Shown: one piece after another, positions 10,901 to 20,297 of the stretch
Numbering within the stretch: position 1 is the stretch's first letter
Layout: every line of letters begins with the position of its first letter
Source: Desulfatiglandales bacterium
GTDB lineage: Bacteria; Desulfobacterota; DSM-4660; Desulfatiglandales; Desulfatiglandaceae
Length of the DNA stretch: 64,000 nt
Reading direction: 5' to 3'
Assembly: GCA_963662465.1 (NCBI GenBank)
Contig: OY759599.1
Span: 6,528,001 to 6,592,000 of the forward strand
Made by a program: the position numbers and the translations under genes
Notes under the pieces: model-generated
What the model saw: the letters and a program-made list of their open reading frames with translations, nothing else
What the model was told of the DNA's origin: nothing
The model's database searches: none

Positions 10901-11026
10901 GAAAAAGAGGCCGTTTATCAGGTTCCGTTCGATTCCCAGAAAAAGCCGTGTTTGTGAAGAGATGAAATGTACCACGGTAAAGATGGACAGGCCGATCAGC
11001 AGGACTATGATGGCTTTTTTCAGCAT
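7967..11026 (-). CDS. CHASE2-domain adenylate/guanylate cyclase
   Basis: N-terminal TM, GKWPWKR CHASE2 motif, three TMs, FTDIQGFS, LDKYEGDA and GDPVNLAARLE. Confidence 0.9.
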   Translation of the reverse strand: MLKKAIIVLLIGLSIFTVVHFISSQTRLFLGIERNLINGLFFMREPEIHEPNPLVSQEVILLGFDEDSIAAIGKWPWKRDVHAQMLENLEKFSPRTVMFDVVFVKSETTPPFLSEKLTSEPELLQKVENAFGEMDKAFSKTLEKYHNVFLDVQLVEHPRPDLPKAYLNRILFNEEILKNYSLPLKNNSSLLVFHSLEPVLSEFISNAQPAIVNVLSDDDGVTRMFPLYYTYKMSDGTARNLFTATLVLVKRYYRVANEDVSIERDKVVFSSANIPVLDPSTRRLELFEKDFKWLKNKILNPAPPKEYPYNRNLFALLSNRLRMETKPGKKTPDFPLHVLKETGGFKILKGWEIFDAAQKGEANRIHLVVYEKGTIEIQTPVPGFGYINYSGTEKRYFIDARTGAPEMFNTVPTKSYSKIYAMDAMPEIPVLDASGNIEAGYDTRALEEWFFAFCEEKSYHIFNQAARDLGDEVQDDARLREYLNRYPENGKYFFYAYYFMNLDAAPGTLRTLIDQYPDFGMAAGQDPAYFLSEKSVAAALMDAYTEQFKRYYNKFVFTGATARILGDIQQTPYGAMTGINTLINAFNTIITRNELTLSRDIPHFDLLVLLGLCLFCCLIYGFTSIRIGSAIFITVLLGTLIVSFALFSLSNLFLTTTPLVFSNVMIFGGIIVFKVLTEQKDKKFLKTTFSSYLAPEIIDEMYKNKTMPTLGGEARPITAYFTDIQGFSTFSEKLTANQLVELINDYLSVMTDILINEMGTLDKYEGDAIIAFFGAPMAVPDHALRACRVAVSMQRQLTVLCERWRNEKQNPNDPDRNTKKLNTDEWKPGDKWPAIVHTMKMRIGINTGEIVVGNMGSAMRMNYTMMGDPVNLAARLEEAGKQYGVYILVSHDTLQRGITDEDGNTKQVFDLVEVRFIDTIAVVGKSEPVRVYELCAMKGGLTDAEKDLIKVFDLGMAHYFDMAWDLAIARFEEALKMERVPDGKTTPSQVYIDRCRAFKGNPPVAPGEQWDCVCRLTKK

Positions 11027-11248
11027 GGTATGCACCCCTTGTATTTGGCTGAATTTGGAATACCCTTTTTCAATAAAATATCGGCTCATCGTGGGTTCGC
11101 GTGAGATTTGGCTTCTGAACCGAAACAATCTTAAAGCACGATTTCACGTTAATCCGTGATGAACCGATAGTATTTTATGAAAAATACTTGTTTGTCAAGA
11201 ATCATGATGGTATAGGGCGAGTGACAAGTGACAAGTGGCGGGTAATAG

Positions 11249-12682
11249 GTGACTAAGAATCAAAAATACCGAATTTTATTGCTTAACCCTCCCCATCCCA
11301 TGGGAAAGGGTTTTACCCGGGAGGGTCGCTGCACCCAGGAATCCGGGGTCTGGGCCACCCAATGGCCACCCGTCTCCCTGGCGACCACGGCCGCCCTTCT
11401 GGAACAGGACGGGCATGGGGTCAGGGTTCTGGATTGCCCGGCAATCGCCATGGATTCCAAAGACCTTGAAGCTGTGGTCCACGTTTTTCGACCCGACTTT
11501 GTTTTTCTGAACACCGCTACCCCCACTCTGCCCCACGACCTGGACATGGCCGGATTGATGAAAAAAACCGTGCCGGAAGTTACAACCGGGGTTATGGGCA
11601 CCCATGTGAGCGCCATGCCCCATGTGGCGCTGGCCCATCCATCCGTCGATATGGTCGTCCACTGGGAACCGGAAGAAACCATTCAAGCCGTATGCCGTCA
11701 ACCAAACCGGAAATGGAACGACATTGCAGGCTTGTCTTTTAGAGATGCAAAAACCGGAAAAACCCGCCACAATAAACCCAGAGCGTTCATTTCCCCGGAA
11801 AACATTCCGTCCCCGGCCTGGGGTTACCTCGATCTTGCGCCTTACCGCCTGCCCCTCAAGGGGGCCCCGTTTCTCATTGTCGCACCTGTCCGGGGTTGTC
11901 CCTATCCGTGCAGCTTTTGTACGGCGCCCCTGTACTATGGAAAAAAGCTGCGTAAACGTCCCGTTGAAGACGTGGTGGGTGAAATCGAGGACAATCTCCG
12001 TCGATTCGGCGTGCGGGACTTTTTTGTATGGGCCGACACCTTTACGGCTGACAAGACTTATGTTGAACAGTTTTCAAGATCAATTGTGACTCGAAAACTG
12101 AACATCGCCTGGACCTGCAACAGCCGTGTGGATACGGTGGACAGGAATATGCTCGCCCTGATGAAGCAGGCGGGTCTCTGGATGATCAGTTTCGGCCTTG
12201 AATCGGGGAACGACGTCGTGCTGAAACGCTCGGGAAAACACATCACCGTAAACCAATCCAGAAACGCTGTGGGCATGGCCCATGATCTGGGCATCAAAAC
12301 ATCCGGGCATTTCATCCTGGGGCTTCCCGGGGAAACACCTAACAGCATGGCGGACACTCTCTCCCTTTCCCTTTCCCTTCCCCTTGACATTGCCCAGTTT
12401 TATGCGGCAGCTCCGTTTCCGGGCACACGCCTTTTTGATGAGGCGCACAGGGAGGGATGGCTGAACGAAGCGTCCCTGTTTTCCCAAAGCTATTCCACCA
12501 TGGCCCTGCCCGGTCTTTCCGTAGACCAGGTGGATTTGTTTCGTCGACATGCCTATCGATCCTTTTATGGAAGGCCCAAGGCGCTTCTGAACCTTTTGGC
12601 CATGGTCGACCCCAGGGCCATACGGCATATTTTAAAAAGCCTCTTTCAATTCCTAAGATGGACAAAAGTACCGGCGGTTTAG
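11249..12682 (+). CDS. B12-binding radical SAM protein
   Basis: N-terminal cobalamin-binding-like domain; RGCPYPCSFC (CxxxCxxC), GLESG and GLPGET. Confidence 0.9.
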   Translation: MTKNQKYRILLLNPPHPMGKGFTREGRCTQESGVWATQWPPVSLATTAALLEQDGHGVRVLDCPAIAMDSKDLEAVVHVFRPDFVFLNTATPTLPHDLDMAGLMKKTVPEVTTGVMGTHVSAMPHVALAHPSVDMVVHWEPEETIQAVCRQPNRKWNDIAGLSFRDAKTGKTRHNKPRAFISPENIPSPAWGYLDLAPYRLPLKGAPFLIVAPVRGCPYPCSFCTAPLYYGKKLRKRPVEDVVGEIEDNLRRFGVRDFFVWADTFTADKTYVEQFSRSIVTRKLNIAWTCNSRVDTVDRNMLALMKQAGLWMISFGLESGNDVVLKRSGKHITVNQSRNAVGMAHDLGIKTSGHFILGLPGETPNSMADTLSLSLSLPLDIAQFYAAAPFPGTRLFDEAHREGWLNEASLFSQSYSTMALPGLSVDQVDLFRRHAYRSFYGRPKALLNLLAMVDPRAIRHILKSLFQFLRWTKVPAV

Positions 12683-12737
12683 GGAGATGGTCTCTCATGC
12701 TTCGTCACTCTTCACTTTTCACCAAATAAGGGAAACC

Positions 12738-14468
12738 ATGTCTAACAACTATATTTTAGGCATCTGGGATGGCCATGATGCAGGAGCTTCCCTTATCAAG
12801 GAAAAACAGGTGGTTTTTGCCATAAATGAGGAAAGGTTGACCCGTCGAAAGCTGGAGGTGGGGTTTCCCCGCCTTTCCATTCAGGCTTGCCTCGCTCATG
12901 CTGACATCCCCCCCTCCGCGGTTAAACACATTGCCCTTTCCACAACAGACCCCGCCAAAACCCTGACCCGGCTGGCGCCCCGTCTAAAGGAGGCGTATTA
13001 TCTTATCCGGCGACGGAAAAAAAGACCGGGGATTCTGGACCCCTTTAAAAAGGGCTTTAAATACCGATTTACCGAATTGCCGCCCAATCGGTTATCTCGC
13101 CGCTTGACCCGGGACCACATTCAAAAGACGCTCAAGGCCGAAGGGTTCTGTGATTTCCAGCTTTTTCTACTGGATCATCACCGCTGTCACGCCGAGGCCG
13201 CGGCACGGTTCAGCGGTTTTGAACGTTGTCTCGTCCTAACCCTGGATGGGGTGGGTGATGGCCTTTCAGGCAGCATCTGGCAGTTTCAACGTCCCCAGCT
13301 GACGCTTGTGAAGCGCATTCCGGCAACGGTTTCTCTGGGGATTTTTTTTGAACATGTGACCAACCTCATGAATATGCGGGAGCTGGAAGACGAAGGAAAG
13401 GTCATGGCCCTGGCCAATTATGCCTACCCCATCGACGATGGGGACAATCCGTTGATGAAACTGATTGCGGTCCGAGGCCTGGATCTGATTTCCCCCTATA
13501 ACTCGACGGCCCTTTACCGAAAAATGAAAAAAATCCTGTGGCAGTTCCCTTCGGAACAGTTTGCCTTCATGGCTCAGCGGACCCTGGAAACAAAGGTTTT
13601 AGCCCTGGTTCAAAATGCCCTTTCCGTCACCGGAGAAAAGGATGTGGCTCTGGCAGGCGGAATTTTTTCCAATATCAAGCTCAATATGAAAATCGAATCC
13701 CTGGAAACCACAAAGCATGTCTTTGCCTTTCCCCACATGGGCGATGGTGGACTTGCCCTGGGAGCTGCCGTCGCCGCCAATTACGAAAATGCGGGGGTGA
13801 CAAAGTACGCTTTCACAACCCCCTGCCTGGGCCCCGCATTTTCAAAGGAAAGTATCCTGAACTCTCTTAATCGATGGCCTTTCCCCTACACGCTTTTGGA
13901 AGATCCCGCAAAACGCGCCGCCGAAATCCTGCTTAAGGGAGAGATTATTCTATGGTTTCGGGGACGAATGGAAATGGGCCCCAGAGCACTGGGGAATCGC
14001 AGTATTCTGGCCAGGCCCGACCAACAGGATATCAAGGACCGGCTTAACCTGGTCTTGAAAAAGAGGGTTTGGTACCAACCCTTCTGCCCCAGCCTTTTGG
14101 AAGACGACGCCCATGCGCTCCTTCACCTGGATAACCGGGACATTGCCGACAATCGTTTCATGACCACCGGGTTCAGGGTCAGAAAGGAATATTTGTCGCT
14201 AATGGCCGGGGTCATCAATGTGGATGGCACTTGCCGACCCCATTTTGTGGGAAAGGAAAACCCCGTTTACCGGGATTTGCTGCGTCACCTTAAAAAGGAA
14301 TTGGGTTTGGGCGTAGTCTTGAACACCAGCTTCAATATTCACGGAGAACCCATTGTCTGTACGCCGGATGATGCCTTGGAGATGTTTCGGAGGACAAGGA
14401 TATCGCATTTGTTTTTGGAAGATTTTTTGGTTGAGAAGGGAAAAGAAGGAAGCCCGGGATGCCTTTAA
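12738..14468 (+). CDS. Carbamoyltransferase (NodU/CmcH family)
   Basis: GHDAGA, EERLTRRK, HHRCHA, DGVGD, EGKVMALA, GPRALGNRSILA and NTSFNIHGEPIV. Confidence 0.92.
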   Translation: MSNNYILGIWDGHDAGASLIKEKQVVFAINEERLTRRKLEVGFPRLSIQACLAHADIPPSAVKHIALSTTDPAKTLTRLAPRLKEAYYLIRRRKKRPGILDPFKKGFKYRFTELPPNRLSRRLTRDHIQKTLKAEGFCDFQLFLLDHHRCHAEAAARFSGFERCLVLTLDGVGDGLSGSIWQFQRPQLTLVKRIPATVSLGIFFEHVTNLMNMRELEDEGKVMALANYAYPIDDGDNPLMKLIAVRGLDLISPYNSTALYRKMKKILWQFPSEQFAFMAQRTLETKVLALVQNALSVTGEKDVALAGGIFSNIKLNMKIESLETTKHVFAFPHMGDGGLALGAAVAANYENAGVTKYAFTTPCLGPAFSKESILNSLNRWPFPYTLLEDPAKRAAEILLKGEIILWFRGRMEMGPRALGNRSILARPDQQDIKDRLNLVLKKRVWYQPFCPSLLEDDAHALLHLDNRDIADNRFMTTGFRVRKEYLSLMAGVINVDGTCRPHFVGKENPVYRDLLRHLKKELGLGVVLNTSFNIHGEPIVCTPDDALEMFRRTRISHLFLEDFLVEKGKEGSPGCL

Positions 14469-16195
14469 AAAGAATCTACAACCACCGTTTTTACCTCTTG
14501 CTGCTGGTTTTTGCCTACGTCTGCCTGCTGGGTGTCGATGTTTATCTGGTGGACCATCTTCAGAAGGGTCAAATCACTGAAATCTTGAAAAAATGGATTC
14601 CCTGGGGTCTTAAAATCAATTTTTTTCTGCTGCTTACGGCTCTTTTGCCCTGCTGCGGGGATCTCAGGAATCTGGTTGGAAAATTTTTTAACAAAAAGGG
14701 TATTCTTCTTGTAATTCTTTTCTGCGCCGCCTTTGGATTGGTTTCCTTTCTGACCCAGCAGACCCATCGCATCTATTATGATGAGGATATCTACGCCAAT
14801 GTGGGACAGAACATCGCTTTGGCCAATCAGACCGGCTATTGTAATTACGGCACCTTCGAATATGGCGAATACTTTCCTCACTGGATTAGCTACAACAAGG
14901 AGCCTAGCGGCTGGCCGTTTCTGATCAGCCTGTCCTTCCAACTCCTAGGTGTCGATGAAGCCTATGCTTTTCTCTTCAACAACCTCTTTTTCAGCATGGG
15001 GGTACTCATCGCTTTTTTTATTACCTGGCATTTAACCGAGAGTTTTTTGGCGTCTTTTTTGGCGGGTTTCGCCTATATGGTGATTCCCCATAACCTCATT
15101 TGGTGCAACACGGTCGCCGCCGAGCCTTCGGCGGCGGTGTTCGTAGGCCTTTGTGTTCTCTCCCTGGTGATTTATTTGAAAAGCGGGCGAAAACGTCACC
15201 TCTATGTGATGGTTACCCTGATCCCCATGGCATGCCAGATGCGGCCTGAATCCATGCTTATCCTGGGATGGATTCTCCTGGTATTTTTGTGGGTTGCCCC
15301 TCGATTGTTTTTTAACCGGAAACTGTGGACCTTTGGGTTGTTGACCAGCGTTTTTCTGTTGCCTCATTTCCTTCATTTTTATGCGGTCAGTGGTGATAGC
15401 TGGGGGGCGCCGGGTAGCAAGTTCTCCCTTGAGTTTCTGGCGCACAATTTTGATACCAATGGTCTCTATTACCTGAACAACCAGTTATTCCCCCTCTTAA
15501 TCACGGTCCTTGCCCTGATGGGGCTTTGTTGCCCCCAAAAGGGAAGACAGTGGCAGTGGCTCATCTTCTTCTGGTTTCTGCCATTCTGGGGTATTTTTCT
15601 CTTTTTTTATGCGGGTAGCTATACCTATGGCGCCGATGTGCGTTTTGCTTTGCTCTCCTTCATGCCTCTTGCCATACTGGCGGGCATGGGTGGCGGCTGG
15701 ATTGGCAATAAGCTGGTGAAGGCGGGGCCGGCCAGCGGTATGGGGTCAACGGGAACTGCCGGGAAAAAGATACTGGTTTCAAGCCTCATGGTCCTGATCC
15801 CGGCATTTTCTTTTCTTCAATTCATGCCCCTGGTGCGCCGGGTGGGCCAAGAGGCGTGGGGGGCGAGATATGATCACCAATACGCCAAGGATTTTGTTGA
15901 AATGCTGCCGGAACGATCCATTGTGCTGACGCAGAATCCCACCATGCTGCTGCTCTGGGAGCAAAATGCCATTCAGACCTATGCGGGTATCAATAATCCG
16001 GATCTCATCAAGACCCTTTTGGCTAAATATCAGGGAAACGTTTATTTTCATTACAATTACTGGTGCAACACGAAAAACAAGCGAAACATCAGACTATGCC
16101 GGAGCATCAGGGACAAGTACGACCTGGAAAAAACGGCGGAAGCGACGGAACAGAACTTTCTCTACGGACTCTATAAAATGACCCCTAAAAACTGA
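14459..16195 (+). CDS. GT-C fold membrane glycosyltransferase (GT39/PMT-ArnT-like)
   Basis: Many TM helices; YYDE motif in the first periplasmic loop; KEPSGWP and RPE motifs. Confidence 0.7.
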   Translation: MPLKRIYNHRFYLLLLVFAYVCLLGVDVYLVDHLQKGQITEILKKWIPWGLKINFFLLLTALLPCCGDLRNLVGKFFNKKGILLVILFCAAFGLVSFLTQQTHRIYYDEDIYANVGQNIALANQTGYCNYGTFEYGEYFPHWISYNKEPSGWPFLISLSFQLLGVDEAYAFLFNNLFFSMGVLIAFFITWHLTESFLASFLAGFAYMVIPHNLIWCNTVAAEPSAAVFVGLCVLSLVIYLKSGRKRHLYVMVTLIPMACQMRPESMLILGWILLVFLWVAPRLFFNRKLWTFGLLTSVFLLPHFLHFYAVSGDSWGAPGSKFSLEFLAHNFDTNGLYYLNNQLFPLLITVLALMGLCCPQKGRQWQWLIFFWFLPFWGIFLFFYAGSYTYGADVRFALLSFMPLAILAGMGGGWIGNKLVKAGPASGMGSTGTAGKKILVSSLMVLIPAFSFLQFMPLVRRVGQEAWGARYDHQYAKDFVEMLPERSIVLTQNPTMLLLWEQNAIQTYAGINNPDLIKTLLAKYQGNVYFHYNYWCNTKNKRNIRLCRSIRDKYDLEKTAEATEQNFLYGLYKMTPKN

Positions 16196-16580
16196 CAAAC
16201 CCTTTTCCGTCCACGGTGTGTGAAATACTTCGGAATTCCTTTTTTTGAGCTTGATTACACCTTGACAATTGATTGAAAAAGTTTTAGTGATGAGATCCTA
16301 TTGTTTGAGATTATGGGATTCGTGAAATTATAGTAGCGGTGCTTTTCCTTAATTAGTATCTTATTTCCTGAAATCGTGTCGAGATAGACTGGGAATCCCT
16401 TGAGCCAAAAAATACCAAAAAACCAGTACTTGCAGTCTTAACCCCTCAATTTTAAAAACCTATAACAGAAAATAAGAAATTTATTGGCAGAAAAACCTAA
16501 AAGTAAGAAGTACGGATTACCATTTTAGTGTGCTTTTTGGTTGTTTTTTTTTTCTCATTTTTTTTATAAGGAGGCTTTCT

Positions 16581-17489
16581 ATGCGAAACATTATTTTTCT
16601 CAGTCGTTTTTTGGTAACCTTTTTGGTGGGGCTGTTTTTCATTTGTTCTCAGGCGTATGCAGGTGTACCCGTGGCCAAAATAACCGGATTCCAGGGCGAA
16701 GCCGTCATCATGTCAGGAACGCAATTTGCCAGCGTTACCCAGGTTGGCCAGGCATTAAACAATGGCGACTTTGTCCAAACCAAACAGGGTAGTGCTGACA
16801 TCACCTTTAGCGATGGTGCGGTCATGAACGTCCGACCCTTTACCAATGTGTCCATCAGCGAACGAAAAGTGCAGGATGGATCTTCCACCAACCGAAGGAT
16901 CACCTGTTTTGTGGGAAAATTCCGTTTCAAAAGTGGCCAATCACAGATGAAAAATTATCTTCAGACTCCAACGGCCGTGTGCGGACTGAGGGGCACCGAG
17001 GTTGGTTTCGCATATAATGCCGACACTCTGAACACTTATCTGCAAATGTACAGTGGGGACGCGTCTGTTGTGGGCAATGTGGTTCGGGGTGTCTTCGAAT
17101 GGGAAAGCAATGTTGACAGCGCGTACAAAAGCGCCGTTTTCCGCTTGCTGGAAGAAGCCCACACCGCTTACCAGGACGCTCAGTCCATGCCGGACGGTCC
17201 GGAAAAAGACCTGGCCATGGCAAAGGCCAGGCTCAAAGCACTGGATGTGGCCCGGGGCGCGGCTCAGCTGTTATCGGACAACAATCCAGATGAAGACGTT
17301 CGGTCGAGTGCACAGGAGGCGCTGCTTGTAATAGGCGAGGAAGCCGAACAGGCACAGTCGCAGGTCAATAAGGCTCAGAGATTACTGGATGAGGATAGAG
17401 CCATACGGGAGTCAATAACTACAACCACCACCACGACAACGACTACCACCACGACAACCATAGAAACAACTGTGAGCCCATCCAGTTAG
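16581..17489 (+). CDS. FecR-domain exported protein with poly-Thr C-terminal tail
   Basis: AGGAGG RBS; signal peptide ending AYA; GDFVQT...FSDG...TPTAVCGLRGT FecR pattern; 14 Thr then IETTVSPSS. Confidence 0.8.
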   Translation: MRNIIFLSRFLVTFLVGLFFICSQAYAGVPVAKITGFQGEAVIMSGTQFASVTQVGQALNNGDFVQTKQGSADITFSDGAVMNVRPFTNVSISERKVQDGSSTNRRITCFVGKFRFKSGQSQMKNYLQTPTAVCGLRGTEVGFAYNADTLNTYLQMYSGDASVVGNVVRGVFEWESNVDSAYKSAVFRLLEEAHTAYQDAQSMPDGPEKDLAMAKARLKALDVARGAAQLLSDNNPDEDVRSSAQEALLVIGEEAEQAQSQVNKAQRLLDEDRAIRESITTTTTTTTTTTTTTIETTVSPSS

Positions 17490-17617
17490 GCGTTTCGGGG
17501 GCATTTTTCTGTGGATTGATGTCCCTGAAACTGTCATTATCACGGAAGTGGTGGCTTAAAGGCGATGAACGACGTTATTTTAATGTGAAATCATGGTTTT
17601 CCAGGAGGAAAAGTAAA

Positions 17618-18940
17618 ATGAAAAAGAGATTTTTGTTTTTGGCGTGTGTGACAGGAATATGCCTTGGGTTCTTTTCGTCCCAGGTTATGGCGGAAATTAT
17701 CTGGCAGCAGGGCGCCATTAGTGTGGAAGATGAATTGTCTGGAGAAGGGGGAAGAATCCATGTGGGCAAATTGACGGTGACGCCGGCGCTCAGGTTGTCC
17801 GAAGTTTATGACAGCAATATTTATTTGGGCAACGGGTATACCAACAATCCCAACAACCCCAATACCACGCTTAATGGAAAACTTACAAAACCCATTGAAA
17901 ACGATTATATTTTTCATGTTAACCCCGGGGTCCTGTTTAGTTACCAGCTTCCCGAGCGGGGCCATGTCAACCTGCTCTATGAAGGCAACTGGGCCTTCTA
18001 TAATGAATATACGGTCCAGAACTGGAACAACCAGCGAGGGGTTTTCGATTTTGACTACACCGCGCCCACGGGTCTTATCGCAGGTCTTACCAATGTTTAT
18101 AATAATGGAAACGATCCCTATGGTGATGCCACGCAGTTTGGTTTGGGTTATAACCAGAAACGCTGGAATAATGACTTGAATGCTAAAGTGGGATGGGACT
18201 TTTTCAACCGGTTCAAAGTGGTTGGTTTCTATAATTTCTATAAGCAAGAATATGATTTCGATAGCAATGCCACCCAGAACTGGACCGACAATGTGTTCGG
18301 TCTTGAGTTCGCCATGCGGGTTCTGCCCAAAACCTGGGCCTTTGTTCGCTACCATTACGGTACCCAGAGTTATGACGATGACCAGATCAGTTCCGTTAAC
18401 GATGCCAGCAACAAACGCAATCGCGTCAGCGGTGGTCTTGCCTGGGATGGGGGTGGAAAATTGGGGGGTGAGTTGAATTTCGGCTGGCAATGGCTGAATT
18501 ACGATAACGATCGCGATACAAACGGCAGAGCTTATGAAAACCGGAATACCTGGTCCGCCGATACGTCCATTAATTACCGTGCCACCCAGAACACGGTTCT
18601 GACCCTGAACCTTGCCCGGGCCATCAGGAGTACAGGCGCTGCAAGACAGGAATATTATGACGACACCAATGTGGGACTCAACGTCTCCCAGGACCTTCCC
18701 TACAAATTCAGCGCTAAGGGAGGGTTTATTTACGGCAGAAACGACTACAATACCCTGAATTACCAGAAAACAGAGGATCGAGTAGACGATAATTACAACT
18801 TCTATGCCGGTGTCAGCTATAAGATTCGGTCCTGGCTCAGCGCGGGCTTGAACTATCGATATATGAAAAAAGATTCCAATGATGTTACGCAGAGTTTCAC
18901 CGACAATCAGGTAGCCCTGAGTCTGGGTGCATCCTATTAA
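17618..18940 (+). CDS. Outer-membrane beta-barrel (BBP2-like, polysaccharide-export associated)
   Basis: Signal peptide, YDSNIY motif, alternating beta strands and C-terminal LSLGASY. Confidence 0.8.
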   Translation: MKKRFLFLACVTGICLGFFSSQVMAEIIWQQGAISVEDELSGEGGRIHVGKLTVTPALRLSEVYDSNIYLGNGYTNNPNNPNTTLNGKLTKPIENDYIFHVNPGVLFSYQLPERGHVNLLYEGNWAFYNEYTVQNWNNQRGVFDFDYTAPTGLIAGLTNVYNNGNDPYGDATQFGLGYNQKRWNNDLNAKVGWDFFNRFKVVGFYNFYKQEYDFDSNATQNWTDNVFGLEFAMRVLPKTWAFVRYHYGTQSYDDDQISSVNDASNKRNRVSGGLAWDGGGKLGGELNFGWQWLNYDNDRDTNGRAYENRNTWSADTSINYRATQNTVLTLNLARAIRSTGAARQEYYDDTNVGLNVSQDLPYKFSAKGGFIYGRNDYNTLNYQKTEDRVDDNYNFYAGVSYKIRSWLSAGLNYRYMKKDSNDVTQSFTDNQVALSLGASY

Positions 18941-18978
18941 GCGCAAGGGAATTCTGGTTTATTTTTAAGCGGATTTAG

Positions 18979-19015
18979 AAAGGAAAAGGGAGCGCCGCTC
19001 CCTTTTCCTTTTTTT
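18979..19015 (+). terminator. Rho-independent terminator
   Basis: 15-bp stem AAAGGAAAAGGGAGC-GCC-GCTCCCTTTTCCTTT followed by a T run. Confidence 0.8.
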
Positions 19016-19187
19016 CTGAGGTTGTATAAGCCTTTTTTCAGCTGTTGATCCTCGGGCTAAAATAGAAATGAATGGCGTTCCTTTTCGGTTTGGCGCCTTA
19101 AATTGTTTTTTTTCTATTGATTTCTCGTCGCTAAAAGCCTAAAATCAGCAGTTGTATTAAACTTGAAATTCCAACCGCGAGGATACG

Positions 19188-20288
19188 ATGAAGACTTTCC
19201 CGATCCCTTTTTTTCCGGTTAAATCATTCCGAAAAACCTTTATTTATCTTTTGACGCGTTCCTCAGCCTTGACTGTCCTCCTTTTATGTCTTATGGCCTG
19301 CATGGGTGGAGATGTGGTGAGTATAACATCGCATGATGGCGCAAAGAATCTTGAGGGTCTCAAGGAAAAAGATTTGGCCATGCTGGAAGAATTGAAAAAA
19401 GGCAAGGACAAAAAGGAGGTTGATTCGGGTATCACCAAGGTCATTGAAAAGACACCCCATTATACGGTCTCCGAATATCTTGCCAAATATCCGCCGACTC
19501 TGGGAGAAAAGGCTGACTATACGGTAGGCGGCAACGATGTTCTCAGCATTGTTGTTTATGAAGAGAAAGATCTTTCCAAGGAATCCATCCGTGTCTCCGG
19601 AAAGGGCTACCTTTCCTTTCCATTAATCGGTCGTCTGAAGGTGGCGGGCCTTACCACCTCGGCAATTGAAAACCTGATCGCCGAAAAACTGGCCGCGCAG
19701 CAGTATCTTTTGAACGCTCATGTGGACGTCCAGGTGATCGAATACAACAGCAAGCATTTTTTTGTGCTGGGGGAAGTGGGCACCCCGGGCAGCCATCCCA
19801 TACAGGCGCGGGAGCGCATCATGGATGCTTTAACCAAAGTGGGCGGGGTGGAAGAAGAAAAGGCCAGCAATCGGCTCATGCTGATTCGAACCCTCAATCA
19901 TGATACCTCAGAGGAAAGCAAACTGGTGATTGACATTAATCTTGTGGACTTGCTGAAAAAGGGAGATCAGAATTCCAATATCCAGCTTGAGGATCGGGAT
20001 GTCCTCTATTTTCTTCCCGTTGAGCAATTTTACATTATCGGCCAGGTCAGAGGGCCCGGCTCTTATGATATGCCCGAAGATGAGCTGACCCTGGTGGAGG
20101 CTATCGGCATGGCGGGCGGATTTACCCGCATTGCCTCCCGAAACAGCACCCGCATCATTCGCTTGGAAGACGGGGTTGAAAAGGTCATCGAGGTGAAGGT
20201 GGATGAAATCACCGACGCCGGGAAAAAGATACAGGATGTGGTGATTAAGCCGGAAGATATTATTGTGGTGCCGGAAAGCTTTTTTTAA
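19188..20288 (+). CDS. wza: Polysaccharide export protein (OPX/Wza, short type with SLBB domains)
   Basis: Poly_export motif (YTVGGND...FPLIG) and two SLBB repeats; ends VVPESFF with no C-terminal OM helix. Confidence 0.85.
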   Translation: MKTFPIPFFPVKSFRKTFIYLLTRSSALTVLLLCLMACMGGDVVSITSHDGAKNLEGLKEKDLAMLEELKKGKDKKEVDSGITKVIEKTPHYTVSEYLAKYPPTLGEKADYTVGGNDVLSIVVYEEKDLSKESIRVSGKGYLSFPLIGRLKVAGLTTSAIENLIAEKLAAQQYLLNAHVDVQVIEYNSKHFFVLGEVGTPGSHPIQARERIMDALTKVGGVEEEKASNRLMLIRTLNHDTSEESKLVIDINLVDLLKKGDQNSNIQLEDRDVLYFLPVEQFYIIGQVRGPGSYDMPEDELTLVEAIGMAGGFTRIASRNSTRIIRLEDGVEKVIEVKVDEITDAGKKIQDVVIKPEDIIVVPESFF

Positions 20289-20297
20289 AGGGAAACC

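Noticed and set aside
12356..12385. CCCTTT tandem repeat in the radical SAM gene as a phase-variation tract
   Set aside because: Short, imperfect, in-frame hexamer (SLSLSLPL); slippage would not frameshift.
16196..16580. ops/JUMPstart or riboswitch in the long AT-rich leader of the FecR gene
   Set aside because: No GGCGGTAG element or recognisable aptamer found.
17591..18946. 451-aa minus-strand ORF
   Set aside because: Antisense shadow of the beta-barrel gene; no motifs of its own.
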